IMG/VR virus record: IMGVR_UViG_3300013901_000005 | Span: 64,001-128,000 of that record | Reading direction: 5' to 3' (one strand) | Source of the DNA: a virus | Lineage: Duplodnaviria; Caudoviricetes | Length of the DNA stretch: 64,000 bases | In this document: one piece after another, positions 48,078 to 59,177 of the stretch | Position numbering within the stretch: the first letter of the stretch is position 1 | How the letters are laid out: the number at the start of each line of letters is the position of its first letter | The notes under the pieces: generated by a model | Told to the model about the DNA's origin: nothing | Databases searched by the model: none | Seen by the model: only the letters and a program-made list of their open reading frames with translations | Program-made: the position numbers and the translations under genes

Positions 48078-48578
48078 TTAAAGTCTTCCTAATACAATGT
48101 ATTCTCCCTCTTTCATATTAGCAGAAGGTGTATATTTTGTCTGTATTGGCAGATCTTCTCCCTCGGTAACCATATGTATCAGCCGACAATTAATATCGCC
48201 TGTGTAGCCCTCAGAATAGATTCGCTCAATTTCCGCCTTTACATCCTTCAAAGTACCACCCATTTCTGAAAGTATTGTATTACTGCTCTGGTCAATAAGA
48301 ATATATGCTTTCTTGAATACCCGCCTTCCATTATTTACATTGATCATTACTTTATATGGGCGCTTTTTTGAATTCAATACTGGTTTATCTAACTCAATAT
48401 AATATGCTTCTCCTTCTGTTTGTGGAAGTTTATCCCATACTCGTCGCATGGCTTCATCCTCATCTCCCTCCTCACGGAAGATCTCGTCAAATTCCTTTTT
48501 GGGAAATTCCTTAATAGAAGAGAACCCTACATTTGTCAGATATTCTTCAATTGAAAATGTCTTAATTGTCTTAATCAT
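48078..48578 (-). CDS. Hypothetical protein
   Basis: 166-aa ORF. Confidence 0.7.
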   Translation of the reverse strand: MIKTIKTFSIEEYLTNVGFSSIKEFPKKEFDEIFREEGDEDEAMRRVWDKLPQTEGEAYYIELDKPVLNSKKRPYKVMINVNNGRRVFKKAYILIDQSSNTILSEMGGTLKDVKAEIERIYSEGYTGDINCRLIHMVTEGEDLPIQTKYTPSANMKEGEYIVLGRL

Positions 48579-48580
48579 AA

Positions 48581-48910
48581 TTAAAATGGTAAATAAGTCA
48601 TTAAAATTCTTTTTATCTCTTTCGGCATATCCTTTGGCTCAAAGCCGAAACTTGGGAAATCTACACAATTATACGAGAAATCCTCGCATACTACAGAAAG
48701 ACCTTTTATAAAAGTTTCCGGAAGCTGCTCACCTATAATTTTCTTGATTATCTGATAATGAGTAACATCCGGTTTTTTCTGTGATAATAAATATCTCAAT
48801 TTACAAACTAGGGAAATCAATACAAATTTCTCCTGAATACCTCCATTTAGATTTCCAAGTGAGAAATTTTTATTATAGAAATCCCTTAATTGTCGATATG
48901 TTAATTCCAT
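48581..48910 (-). CDS. Hypothetical protein
   Basis: 109-aa ORF. Confidence 0.7.
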   Translation of the reverse strand: MELTYRQLRDFYNKNFSLGNLNGGIQEKFVLISLVCKLRYLLSQKKPDVTHYQIIKKIIGEQLPETFIKGLSVVCEDFSYNCVDFPSFGFEPKDMPKEIKRILMTYLPF

Positions 48911-51220
48911 CGATATCCCTTATAATAATAATAGGCTACCTTTTTCATATAGAATAAAAACTCCTTCCAGCCTTTTGCCAGTTCCTCTCTTGTTACCCGA
49001 TAAACTCCGGTATTAAACGGTGCTCTTGTTGATACGACTAAACAATTTGACTTTATTTCAAATCCATTTACGTCGTATTCTTCTTTTGCTACAAGTCTAA
49101 GGAGACCGCAATACATGCCAAGCTCCCGATAATAATTAAAATTGATAAAATTGTCATGGAATTTATCTACGCCTCTGCCGATAGTTTTTATATCATTTAC
49201 GGTTATGGTAGCCGTATCGTAGTCAATTACATAATTATCTAATTTGGATTTAATATGGAAAACGTATTTCTGTCCTTCTGGCATTGTCGCTTCCATATCA
49301 ACGGTTATTGCCTGTTCGTTCTCGATAATTGGCTTCTCATTAAAATATATAGGATGAAGTAAGTTATAGATTACATTATTATTAAGAAGGGCAAAAACAC
49401 AGCTTTGTACTGTATTTCTTGCATATCCTCCCAAATGTATCATTTCCTTTCCTTCTTCACCATCATAGTTTAATCTGTTTTTCCAATACGTTGTACATCT
49501 CTGAATGACATTCGAACATATTTTGGCATCAATCTTTCCTTTATAATAATCAACCTTATTTGATGCACGGATAATATCCTCCATCATTATAGGTCTTTCT
49601 TTGAATACCTCAAATAGCTCATCTGCCATTGCCCCTAGTTTTTCTGATGGCTTCCCAAGGTCTGGTGCCATTGCAAAATATTCGGGCTGCAATACCAACT
49701 CATGTACAGCACTCATACCACTACAATTTTCATTGCCATTTCTGTTTGTGGTCTGGACTATGTCTTCAACCTATTTCTAGGTTGCACCTGTATTTAGCCT
49801 CTTGGGCTGAATCTATAATAATATAGCCTATGCCTCTTCAAGTTAACATATCAATTTCTTGACTTAGTCTTCGAAGATATCCAGGTGTTATAATATAATT
49901 AATTACTTAATTATACGGCAGTTTTTAGAAATATTTCAATAGTTTGATCAACATTTTGATCATATTTGATCTCTAGTAATTTAATATTTGAATCTTTGCA
50001 AAATTGTTTCAAATCCTCATCTCGCTCTTTTTGCTGTTTAAATTTTTCTTCACCTCCAAAAATATCAACAGCATAATAATGCTATTGTCCATTAAATTCG
50101 ATAATCGTATTTAATTCTGGAATATAAAAATCTACAACAAACCGACCTTTTTTATTTTTCTTTTCAAAAGATTTCTAATATACATATAATATATTATGTT
50201 TGTTTAAAAAGTGCATAATTAATTCTTCGCCATGTGACATTTTGCATTTCTAACACCCACATCCAACATTATAATGAATATATGGAAGCTAATAAAATGC
50301 CCCATGTTTCTTACAAATTATTTTTATTGGAGTGTTTACATCTTTATATTCAGAAAAAGAATAATCATATAAATTTTTATGAGTTTGTTTACTTAATCTT
50401 ATAAATTCTTCAGTGTCTATTCTTCCTTTGCATTTTGGACAATGTTGACCATTTAAATGATGTCCTGGTGTTTGCCAAAAACTTCCGTGAATTGGACAAA
50501 TAATTTCTACTTTTGAATTATATGATGTATAATTTACTTTTGAATAATCATAAAAATTATTATGAATTTTAATTGACCTTTCAATAAATTGATCTTTTGA
50601 TAGTCTTTGAGAATCTGATACTCTTTTTACGGCGCATTTATTACAACCAAATTTTAATATATTATTAGCTGTTGTATCTCGTATATAACCGCAAATTTTA
50701 CATTTTACAATGACTTTTTGAAACGAATAATAATGTACTAACTTAAAATTAGTAGATTTCAATCTTTTTATAAAAAGATTTTTTTGCTCTATCATGCTTT
50801 GACTTTGCAACTTGGCACTATGGACATCCACATTTTGAATGTGAAACAGATCTTGGAATAGCCTCCCAAATATATCCGCATAAATTGCATTTTATTTTAC
50901 ATTTATTATTTGCTCCAGTATATTTACTTATTAATTGTAGAAATGGAAATTTTTGCTATATTTCTTTTTCCATTTCTTTTGTTGATTTTAACTAATTCAT
51001 ATTTTTAAATTTTACCTAGCTGAAAACATCCCTTAAATCCTTGATCAGTAAATCCCTTAAAAAACTTTTCTGGAGATCCCTCTTTAGCTGGATCTAATAA
51101 TCCTAGCCTAGAATTACTTATGTAATTTTTATATTTTTCACTGAAATATACTTTATCCTCAATTTTGGAAAGTTTAAAAGTTCCAGGAATAAGCCTTAGT
51201 TTGATATCCTCCGCTTTCAT
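48901..51220 (-). CDS. PD-(D/E)xK (RecE/exonuclease VIII-like) nuclease, spliced (exons 51220-51014 and 49713-48901; 339 aa)
   Basis: ISNSRL; splicing restores FQLG|SAVHELVLQP; KSKLD...NDIKT...YYRELGMY. Confidence 0.82.
49714..51013 (-). mobile_element. Group I intron in the PD-(D/E)xK nuclease gene
   Basis: Exon ends GGU, P1 partner UGCC lies after the ORF. P7 GGCTA/TAGTC (GAAGACATAGTCC); terminal G. Confidence 0.82.
49911..51000 (-). pseudogene. Intron-encoded DUF559/Vsr-like homing endonuclease with Zn-ribbon (DUF723-like) repeats; TAG=Gln; one frameshift near 50772-50785
   Basis: CPIHG/CKKHG repeats; SHGEE...VDFYIP..IEFNGQ(TAG)HY..RD. The N-terminal frame from ATG 51000 is shifted by one base. 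Confidence 0.7.
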
Positions 51221-51723
51221 AGTTCACTTATTTCCAGATTATATATATATTCGACCTCATCATATTTTAGTGATGATATACGATATTTAAAATCATATTT
51301 AATATTATGCGGTCTTGTTATTAATAATGCCGGAATGCCTTTCTTAATAGCTTTCAATACGTTACTGATACTGTCATCAATAAGTACATCACATCTTCCC
51401 TTTATTATATCTGCTTTATTTCCGTGTTGATATAGCGTCTGATATATTGGTTTTACTGGAAGTCCATATTTCTTTAAACAGTTTCTAGTATATGATTTAC
51501 TATTTATACGTTTTGTAGCATAGATAGTAGCCTCAAAGTCCGGCTTTTCAATTAGCGGTAGGTTCTCCCAGAAATATTTATCATTCCGAAGATTCCATAC
51601 ATTTTTTGTTATTCTCGCGTCCTCCCATTCTTTTGGATTAGGAAAGTATCTCTGATATGTATTATAGAAATCAAATATACAGTCATCAAGATCTAGCGCG
51701 ATTCTTAGTTTAAAATTCATCAA
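51217..51723 (-). CDS. 5'(3')-deoxyribonucleotidase-like HAD protein
   Basis: IALDLDDC, K, VLIDDS, PHN. Confidence 0.75.
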   Translation of the reverse strand: MMNFKLRIALDLDDCIFDFYNTYQRYFPNPKEWEDARITKNVWNLRNDKYFWENLPLIEKPDFEATIYATKRINSKSYTRNCLKKYGLPVKPIYQTLYQHGNKADIIKGRCDVLIDDSISNVLKAIKKGIPALLITRPHNIKYDFKYRISSLKYDEVEYIYNLEISEL

Positions 51724-51925
51724 TCTCTTTAATTTCTCCTATTAATATATCTTGATTCTTATCGAGATCCTTTATAAATTCAGAATATTCATCCTCTTCG
51801 GAATAATCCCTGAATAATTCCATAATCTTATCCTCACAATGGGAAAGGGAAACGGCATCCAAACATATATTATATATTTTGCTTTTTTGGATCTCGCAAA
51901 TTGGAATAATATATTTATTATACAT
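51710..51925 (-). CDS. Hypothetical protein
   Basis: 71-aa ORF. Confidence 0.6.
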   Translation of the reverse strand: MYNKYIIPICEIQKSKIYNICLDAVSLSHCEDKIMELFRDYSEEDEYSEFIKDLDKNQDILIGEIKEIDEF

Positions 51926-52466
51926 TATTTATCAATTTATAGAAATAATCCTTTGGAATACATACAAACTCCTCCTTATTTGTAGATCCATTTACTTTTT
52001 TCCAGAATATTGCCAATGGTTTATCTTTCAGTCCTACTTCATTATTTATTGTGGAAATATTGGGTTGATTTGCCGTATATTTACACTGTACATAGAAATC
52101 TAGTTGATTCTCTGTATCACAAATATCAATTTTTGCATTATCAAGATTCTTGCTTTGACTTCTTGAACTTACCAATCCTTTAAATCCTAGATCTGTCAAT
52201 TCCCTGATAATAGCCAGCTCATACGAGTTTCCTTTTTTCCTTGATCGTTTTGCCGAGTATTTTCTAAAAGTACTGTCATTTACCCATCTGCATAAATAAC
52301 CATCCTTACCGGTGTTCCCCTGTCTAGAGGAATTACACCGGTTTCGGATAGTTTTTTCTGAAAGACCTGTAATTTCACAGGCCTTTTTTACTGTTTTATA
52401 TTCTACTGGAGGAGAATCCTTGTAGATTATTTCAACTCTTTCGTCTGTCTAATTAACTTTAGCCAT
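51918..52466 (-). CDS. Holliday junction resolvase (PD-(D/E)xK) with N-terminal HTH-like segment, 182 aa; TAG at codon 6
   Basis: ATG 52466 MAKVN(TAG)TDERV... in frame to SRKKGNSYE...IDI...VQCK. The essential KG..YE motif lies upstream of the track's TTG start. Confidence 0.75.
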
Positions 52467-53455
52467 TTTATTACATTTAATATAGCTTTCTTTGTCTTCA
52501 TAAATCCATATTTTTTTCTGAAATCTGAGAAATCCTTTGCGCCATATTCTTTTGGGATTACCAAATATATTAATTCCGGATGTTCAGAACGAATCTTGGC
52601 CATATTCAGTTTGCCCGTTCTGTCCTGATCATATAGGACAATAATATATTTAAATCGTTTTTTGAGATTTTCCAAAACATTATCTGATATAAATAAATGT
52701 TCGGAATTTGGCGCAATGGCTGGTATCTTATATGCGAAAAGAGCCATAATATCCTTCATTGATTTTGTGACAATACACACTTTACCGTTTTTTGGTAACT
52801 GGTCAAAACCTTGTATTTTCTTTGCTGACCAATTCGTAATAAACCGATAATTTTTTCTAAAAGGGAAATAGCACCTCCATAATTCTCTTTTGTCCTTATC
52901 CTTACCGCCGTAATATCCATAGATAGGACATTTATCTGTTGATTCCGCAACAATCACATTATTTAGAAATACATATTTACAACTAAATACGTTATATCTT
53001 TTTAATATATCAATTGTTATTCCAAAATCATTCCACCATTCTAACTCTTTTTCAGAAAAATTCTGTATTTCAATTTGGATTTTCGAAGGTTCTTTATCTG
53101 TTATCTTTACTGGTTTTGGATTTATTCTTCCCTCATTTTTTATCAGATTATCATTTTTAACCAACCCGAAATCATTTGCGATAATATCCAAAGCCTTGAA
53201 ATAATCACATCTGAATTTCTCCATTACAACACCAAAACAGTTTAGATGCTGTCCTGTTGCAAAATCCTTAAATATTAATATTCCTTTATCATTTCTGAAT
53301 ATATTGCAAGTTGGTCTTCGGTCTGTCCTTAATGGACTTCTGAATAATTTCCTTTTATTAATAGGAATATTTAGATAGTATTCCATAATCTGCTCTTCGG
53401 TTAAATGGGAAAGAATAAAATCCTTATCAATGATAGGATCGAACCGAAAATCCAT
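52427..53455 (-). CDS. DNA primase (DnaG-type, Toprim)
   Basis: SPLRTD..PTC, FKDFATG, TKSMKD, YDQD, AKDFSDF. Confidence 0.85.
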   Translation of the reverse strand: MDFRFDPIIDKDFILSHLTEEQIMEYYLNIPINKRKLFRSPLRTDRRPTCNIFRNDKGILIFKDFATGQHLNCFGVVMEKFRCDYFKALDIIANDFGLVKNDNLIKNEGRINPKPVKITDKEPSKIQIEIQNFSEKELEWWNDFGITIDILKRYNVFSCKYVFLNNVIVAESTDKCPIYGYYGGKDKDKRELWRCYFPFRKNYRFITNWSAKKIQGFDQLPKNGKVCIVTKSMKDIMALFAYKIPAIAPNSEHLFISDNVLENLKKRFKYIIVLYDQDRTGKLNMAKIRSEHPELIYLVIPKEYGAKDFSDFRKKYGFMKTKKAILNVIKWLKLIRQTKELK

Positions 53456-53465
53456 ATGGATTTAT

Positions 53466-54167
53466 TTAGAGTGAATTGAAATCTATACCATCTAAATCAT
53501 CCTTTTCTTCGGTCTTATCAATACCGAGATCATCAGCCATTTGAGTAGGCTTGGCATTTTCCATATTTGCCTTCTGCCGCTCCTCATATGCGCTGAAATA
53601 TAGTTTATCTCCGACAAAATTATCAGATACAAATAATTTCCCTTCCTTATTGATGGCTACAAATCTTGGAAGCTGTGCATTGACATTACCGTTCTTGTCA
53701 GTATGTCCTACCAGTTTAAGATTTGTCTCCTTTCCTTCTGCGGGCACCATAATTTTTACAAAGCCCTTTACCACATCATCAAAACTCTTGAAGGCACCTT
53801 TTCGGCTAGCGGCCTGATACTTTTCAAAACCTTCCTTATTGAGTACTGTACCGAGCTGGGCAATCATTGTCTGAACGCGTTCCCAGTTTGAAGGCATCTG
53901 GTATTCGCCTCCATCTCGGTTGGTAAAAGTTCTCCGCTCGAAGAACTGATCATCACTGGGATAAAATACAGACTCCTCATAATAGCCGTCCTCTCCCTCA
54001 AATCTGATTTTAAGAACGTCATATGTTTTTGTAGGATCTTTCTTACCAGTGATGGAGTCCTTTTTAGCTCCCATAAACTTTACCTTATAAATACCCCATG
54101 GGGCAAGTCTTCTATTACCACTAGCTACTGCGTCTAAATCTCCAAAAGTGTTAAAATTCATATTCAT
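53466..54167 (-). CDS. Putative single-stranded DNA-binding protein
   Basis: DUF669-like N-terminus, acidic C-terminal tail, located between the ATPase and primase genes. Confidence 0.6.
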   Translation of the reverse strand: MNMNFNTFGDLDAVASGNRRLAPWGIYKVKFMGAKKDSITGKKDPTKTYDVLKIRFEGEDGYYEESVFYPSDDQFFERRTFTNRDGGEYQMPSNWERVQTMIAQLGTVLNKEGFEKYQAASRKGAFKSFDDVVKGFVKIMVPAEGKETNLKLVGHTDKNGNVNAQLPRFVAINKEGKLFVSDNFVGDKLYFSAYEERQKANMENAKPTQMADDLGIDKTEEKDDLDGIDFNSL

Positions 54168-54181
54168 TTTTTATTTAATAA

Positions 54182-54730
54182 TTAAAATTTAAAAATATCA
54201 TCATCAGCTTCAAGGTCATCCGGATTATCTATTTCTACTGGTTCTGGTTCCCAGTGTTCAGCCTCGTCAATTCCTATCTTATCATTAATTTGAACATTAT
54301 TCTCTTTATTGACAAGATTAAACTCTCCTTTTCGAAGTGTCTTTTCAAGTATAAACCTGGTACCATATTCAGCAAGTGTCTGGTGTTTTGCCCCTCTGAA
54401 AGAAAGGGTTCCAGACTTTGTAAGTCTGTTTCCTCCCTCTACATTAAAAGCATCAGCGGTTCCCAATACAGGAACCATATTACCGTTAACCACCTTATAC
54501 CGTACATCCATCAGTGTACCATTTTTCAGATCCATTAACTGAAGTGCGGCTTTATTAAATACCAAACGATTTTCTTCCAGTATTGCTATTGGCGTCTCGT
54601 CATTTGGATCCAGTTTATCAGAAAGTGATACCTTCTTATCCAGAAGTTTTGTTTCCAATATTTCTCCAGTTTCCGTATCTACTGTCTGTTCATATGTAAA
54701 TACGGTTGTCATAATAAATGTTGTCTTCAT
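54182..54730 (-). CDS. Hypothetical protein with acidic tail
   Basis: Start placed at MKTTFIM, after the upstream stop. Confidence 0.65.
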   Translation of the reverse strand: MKTTFIMTTVFTYEQTVDTETGEILETKLLDKKVSLSDKLDPNDETPIAILEENRLVFNKAALQLMDLKNGTLMDVRYKVVNGNMVPVLGTADAFNVEGGNRLTKSGTLSFRGAKHQTLAEYGTRFILEKTLRKGEFNLVNKENNVQINDKIGIDEAEHWEPEPVEIDNPDDLEADDDIFKF

Positions 54731-54732
54731 AA

Positions 54733-56552
54733 TTAATGTTTCAATGATGGGTATATACGATCCCAATGTGAAATAAATGATCCATCTTCCTGCCTTTCGG
54801 CTACTATGATATCTTTATTTGCTAAATGTGCCGGTCTTGCTCCGGCTGAGGCAATGCCTCCAGTCTCAAAATTAATACAAAGGTTGCTATTTTCGTCTCT
54901 ATGAACAAAACCTATGGCATCAGATTTTGCCGCAAAGACTCTTGCGCTTTTACCTGTGAGGTCGAAATCCTTAACGGAGCCGACTTCCTTACCTTCTGCA
55001 GAAATGATTGACTTGTCTTTTACATGACCTACAATAATTACATTATTAGTTACAGATTTAATTTTATCAATAACTGATTCCATTGCCGCTCTGATATACG
55101 TGAATCCGATTCCCATTGGTGCTTGGGTTATATCGCCATTATAATTAGCTCCGGCAGGAGTATCACGATATAATTTCAATGCCAGTGGCTTTACAAATTC
55201 CTCCAAAGCAGTCACAGTATCAATTGTGATAAACTTATATTTGTGTTCAGACTCTTTCAGAGCCTTATAAACCTCAGCAAAATCCTTCAGGCTATTAATT
55301 TCAACTTTTAAAGCCGATACGTACTTACTACCAGATTCAAACATTTATATTCCAAATGATTCGCAACATCATTTGCGCTTTCGCTGCTATATATTACTAT
55401 ATAGATTAGACTATATCTTATTCCTTTTTTAGGAATCCCGCCGTTTCCACCATCATTTGCTTATGGCGTACTCTACTCACTTCTATTGTTATTCAATAGG
55501 TTTTCGATAGTCGTTGAACCTTTACAATAATTTGATATTTTATAAACGTGATTTACAAAATCGTTTAAAGTATAATCCATTTTCATCCTATTGCACATAG
55601 AACAACAAGGTACACAATTTTCGATAGTATATCCTAAATTGCTATCTATCCTATCAACCCCATTTACGTTAATAGGTTCTTTGACTTTTATATATCTTTT
55701 TAAACTTTGTATTGGTCTTGGTTCAGAACCACAATAAAAACATGGTTTTGATATTATATTATAAAATTCTTCGTCTGATATTTCCCAACTAAAACCTCTA
55801 CTTCTAGCACCTTCTTTATAATAATATTTATATACATTTAAGGGACCAAATTTACTAGGAGTTTTATTATTTCCAATACAATTTATACAATGACATATTT
55901 TTGCATTTAATATATTATCTTTTCGCATTGTTAATATACTATTACAATTTTTGCATTGTACTTGATAATATAATTTGTAATTTACTGCTTTTTTAAAACC
56001 TATAACTTTAAATGCAATATTTTCAAAACCAATAAAATCATTTTGATATTTTATTTGATTGCATTTTGCACATGAATTATAATTTTTAAATGATGTTTTT
56101 GCTATTCTTATTATATGCCCACAATCTTTACAGATTATTACATAATTATACAAGTTAATCTTTTTACTATCTTTATATTTTTCTCTTATTAATTCTATGA
56201 CATCATATTTATTATTACTTAAATTAATATTTCTGTCAATTTGTAAAATTGATCCTATATGATTGGAATGTTCATATCCTTCTACCTTTTGTTTTTGTTC
56301 TTCAGTTAATTTATCAAATATCATACTTGGTATATGGTTGTCCAAATTTGTATTAAAATGGAGTTTCCACTATTAAACGGGTTTTCACTATAACATTACT
56401 GTTATATGCGACTTTAATTAATCGAGAATCAGGTTGTCATCAAGTGTTGATAATACGGTAGTCTTGCCTATCTTTGGTACTCCGTAGATAATTAAGTTCT
56501 GAGGATCTTGTGTTGCTGCTGGTAATTTTGTTGTAGGTAATTTAATAGCCAT
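54733..56552 (-). CDS. AAA (Sak4-like) ATPase, spliced (exons 56552-56421 and 55341-54733; 246 aa)
   Basis: IYGVPKIGKTT; splicing restores LILD|FESGS; ITIDT, IIVGHVK. Confidence 0.85.
55342..56420 (-). mobile_element. Group I intron (IA-like) in the AAA ATPase gene
   Basis: P1 CGAU/GUCG; core GGTTCAACGACTA and AAGATATAGTCT; terminal G. Confidence 0.88.
55461..56345 (-). CDS. Intron-encoded HNH homing endonuclease
   Basis: PCFYCG...NGVDRIDSNLGY..NCVPCC..CN.MK. Ends at TAG 55473, or TAA 55461 under code 15. Confidence 0.82.
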
Positions 56553-58575
56553 TATAATACAAATTTAGAAGAATTATTATTTTTTATCTCTCTGTTCTCT
56601 GTATTATCTTCACTATCTAGAATCCACATTGGATTCTTGTATTTTTCATAATTAGTTATACATTCTGGTCTTGGTATTTCGGCAAAATAATTGATCCAGC
56701 CATAAAATGCACATCCAACTTCTATATCACAGTCTCCAAACCTATTTTTTAACACCTGGATACTTCTGAAGTTTCCTCCTAATCTTTCAATATCATATTG
56801 CTTATATGTTTTCAGTCCATCTCTAAATGGATTATAAACTGCAATCATAATATTGCTGTCATTTACCGTATTCCCTGTGTCTTTTGCATCATTAATACTG
56901 AATGAGCTACGCCCCTGTTTGAGGCGTTCAATGTTTCCCTGTTCCCTATTGGCTTGTTGGATAACAATTGGACTTATTTTACATTTTTCCCTAAAAAAGA
57001 CCATATATTTTGAAAACAGATCAATTTCCTGCTTTAGTGTATGGCCTTGCGTAGGATTTAACAAACCAACATGATCCACGATAACATTATATATTAGATT
57101 TGGATTATTCGGTGTATAAGTCAGTCTTGTCTCGGTTTCTGCAAAAGTACCCATTTTAGATAATCTGTCTTTTAATATTGCATATATTGTATTCGCATTG
57201 ACATTCTTATCATAAATCTCTACTTTATTTGAAATCTTCTCAATCCATGGCATACATTTCATAACCAGTTCATAATCATCATCAGAAAGAACATACTCTC
57301 TCTCACGAGAAAGTATTTTCTTAAATGATAACTGTCTGCCGAAATTCTCAAAAATATAAATGGACAATAATTTTACAAAAAGGGACATACGATTCATTTC
57401 CAGTGAAAAATATAGGACTTTAAAGTCATCATTGTCTATTGTTGCCATTAAAGGCCTGTATAAATAGGCATATAATGCATAACTGGTCTTCAGTTTTGTT
57501 ATCATACAGTTTTTTATCTGTATTTCTTATTCTTTTATTTGAATAAGCTCCGCATATCTTTTCATCCTAAAAAAAAGGATGATAACCACTCGTGGGAATA
57601 TTTTATTCCTATCCAATATTAATTTTAATATTAAATTCTCCTTTTTCTAATATTTGCCTACGGATTTTTAAATCTCCTTTCCAGAAAATTTGTGGATTAA
57701 TTTTAAATTCACCCATTTCTCCTGTTATTAAACCTTTCTGTTTTAATAAACGCAAACTATTTGCAACCATATTTTTACCTAGGTCAAATTCTTTTTCAAT
57801 TCGTTTCCTATCAGCTGGTGTTAGTTTTACTATTCCTGTATTAAATTCTGCGTGTTCGCACATCCAAATTAGTAATTGTTGCGCCCTTACTGAGTTTAAT
57901 TCATAAAACGGTGCGATAAATTTAGTAAATACCATATAAAAAGAATCTTCATTTACTGCAGTTTTAAAAACTTTCGAAGTCTCAATTGACTTCAATTCTC
58001 CCGTTTCCGCATCAATAAATTGGTGCTCAATTGATTGTACTATTTTTTTCATATTATATAATTTTTAATTATATTAAATATAATTAAAAAAATTATAAAA
58101 TCAAACAATTGAATCGTTTATTATTATAATTTTAAAAATTATATTTATCCCTCTATAAATTAGATTATGCCCTATTTAGCGGGAATTATTCCCTCTTTAG
58201 AGGGATTAGATATTTTCGGAATTAATTGAAAATCAATAAATAACATCATTTTTTTTGGTATTTTCTTCTTATCTAATTGGTAGGTTTCAATTCCTATGCT
58301 GTACAGTGTTATAAATCTTTTAAAATTTATAATTACCTCGGGATTGTCATCTCAGATTTTCCCGATTTTGGTTATTAATAATTTATAATATTACTATTAT
58401 AAACGGCAAATTCTTGTTATTTACCTGCGCCTGAATTTGAAATAATTAATGTGTATGTCTCACGACATACTCCATCAATTATACTTTCAAGTTTAGGCAG
58501 TCCCATACTTAATCCTTGATTGCTTCCTGCTCTTCCTTTTTGTACTTCCGTTATGATCTCATCTTTTACTGTCAT
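56552..58575 (-). CDS. dnaB: DnaB-like (SF4) replicative helicase, spliced (exons 58575-58423 and 57490-56552; 363 aa)
   Basis: Splicing restores Walker A SNSGAG|KTS; FSLEM, IVDH, QQANR, LKNRFG. Confidence 0.88.
57603..58052 (-). CDS. RepL-family winged-helix replication/maintenance protein
   Basis: IDAETGE, helix-turn-helix-like core, FKINPQIFWKG; no nuclease motif seen. Ends TAG 57609, or TAA 57603 under code 15. Confidence 0.7.
58075..58105 (-). promoter_or_regulatory. Bacteroidota-type promoter overlapping a hairpin upstream of the RepL-like gene
   Basis: TTTG-N19-TATATTTA; inverted repeat 58057-58097. Confidence 0.5.
58143..58205. repeat. Three degenerate 21-bp direct repeats (iteron-like)
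   Basis: atttatCCCTctataaattag / attatgCCCTatttagcggga / attattCCCTctttagaggga; CCC starts at 58149, 58170, 58191. Confidence 0.65.
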
Positions 58576-59177
58576 AAAAGCCTCATTGCATCAAAGTTAA
58601 TATTAACTTTATCTCCGTTTTTAAGACTTTTAATATCCTCCCAACTTCTGTCAATAATAAACTTAGCCAGGCTTTTACAGATAAGATTATGATCTCCGGC
58701 CCATTTTACCAGTTGTATAATTTCATTATGTTTCACAGGGTTCCATTTTATCGCCTTTCCATATGCGAAATACGCATCTTCTAGCGAATTAAATTTTGTA
58801 GCAACACCTCTTAGTGCCACTGCCTCTCCATTGATTGTACCGAACTGCGGATATGCATTAAAAAGTTCCTCTCCCATTTCAAAAGAACTCTTATAGAAAT
58901 TCTTTAAAAATATCCTATTGATTGGTATACCAACTGGATCAAACGGTTCTCCTGTTTTTGGGGTATTATATTTATTAATAATCCCTATATTCTGAAGTCT
59001 CTGTAGCATTTCCCGTACATCAATATTCCTATCGTGCATTATTGTAAGAAATTGTTTCAGATACTTCCCATTGGCTTCATCCTGTAGAATCAATATACTT
59101 GTTAAAAGCATTAATTCATTTGGTGTCAGCCTATTTGCCTGAAGAAAGTCAAGCTCTTTATCAAATGGAAAATACAT
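58572..59177 (-). CDS. Hypothetical replication-associated protein
   Basis: 201-aa ORF coupled to dnaB (ATGA); ELFNAYP motif. Confidence 0.65.
   Translation of the reverse strand: MYFPFDKELDFLQANRLTPNELMLLTSILILQDEANGKYLKQFLTIMHDRNIDVREMLQRLQNIGIINKYNTPKTGEPFDPVGIPINRIFLKNFYKSSFEMGEELFNAYPQFGTINGEAVALRGVATKFNSLEDAYFAYGKAIKWNPVKHNEIIQLVKWAGDHNLICKSLAKFIIDRSWEDIKSLKNGDKVNINFDAMRLL

Larger units (their letters stand above)
57491..58422 (-). mobile_element. Group I intron in dnaB carrying a RepL-like gene
   Basis: P1 GGUAAAU/AUUUGCC; P7 GCATA/TATGC (CTGTACAGCATAG...AAGATATGCGG); ends ACAAAACTG. Confidence 0.85.
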
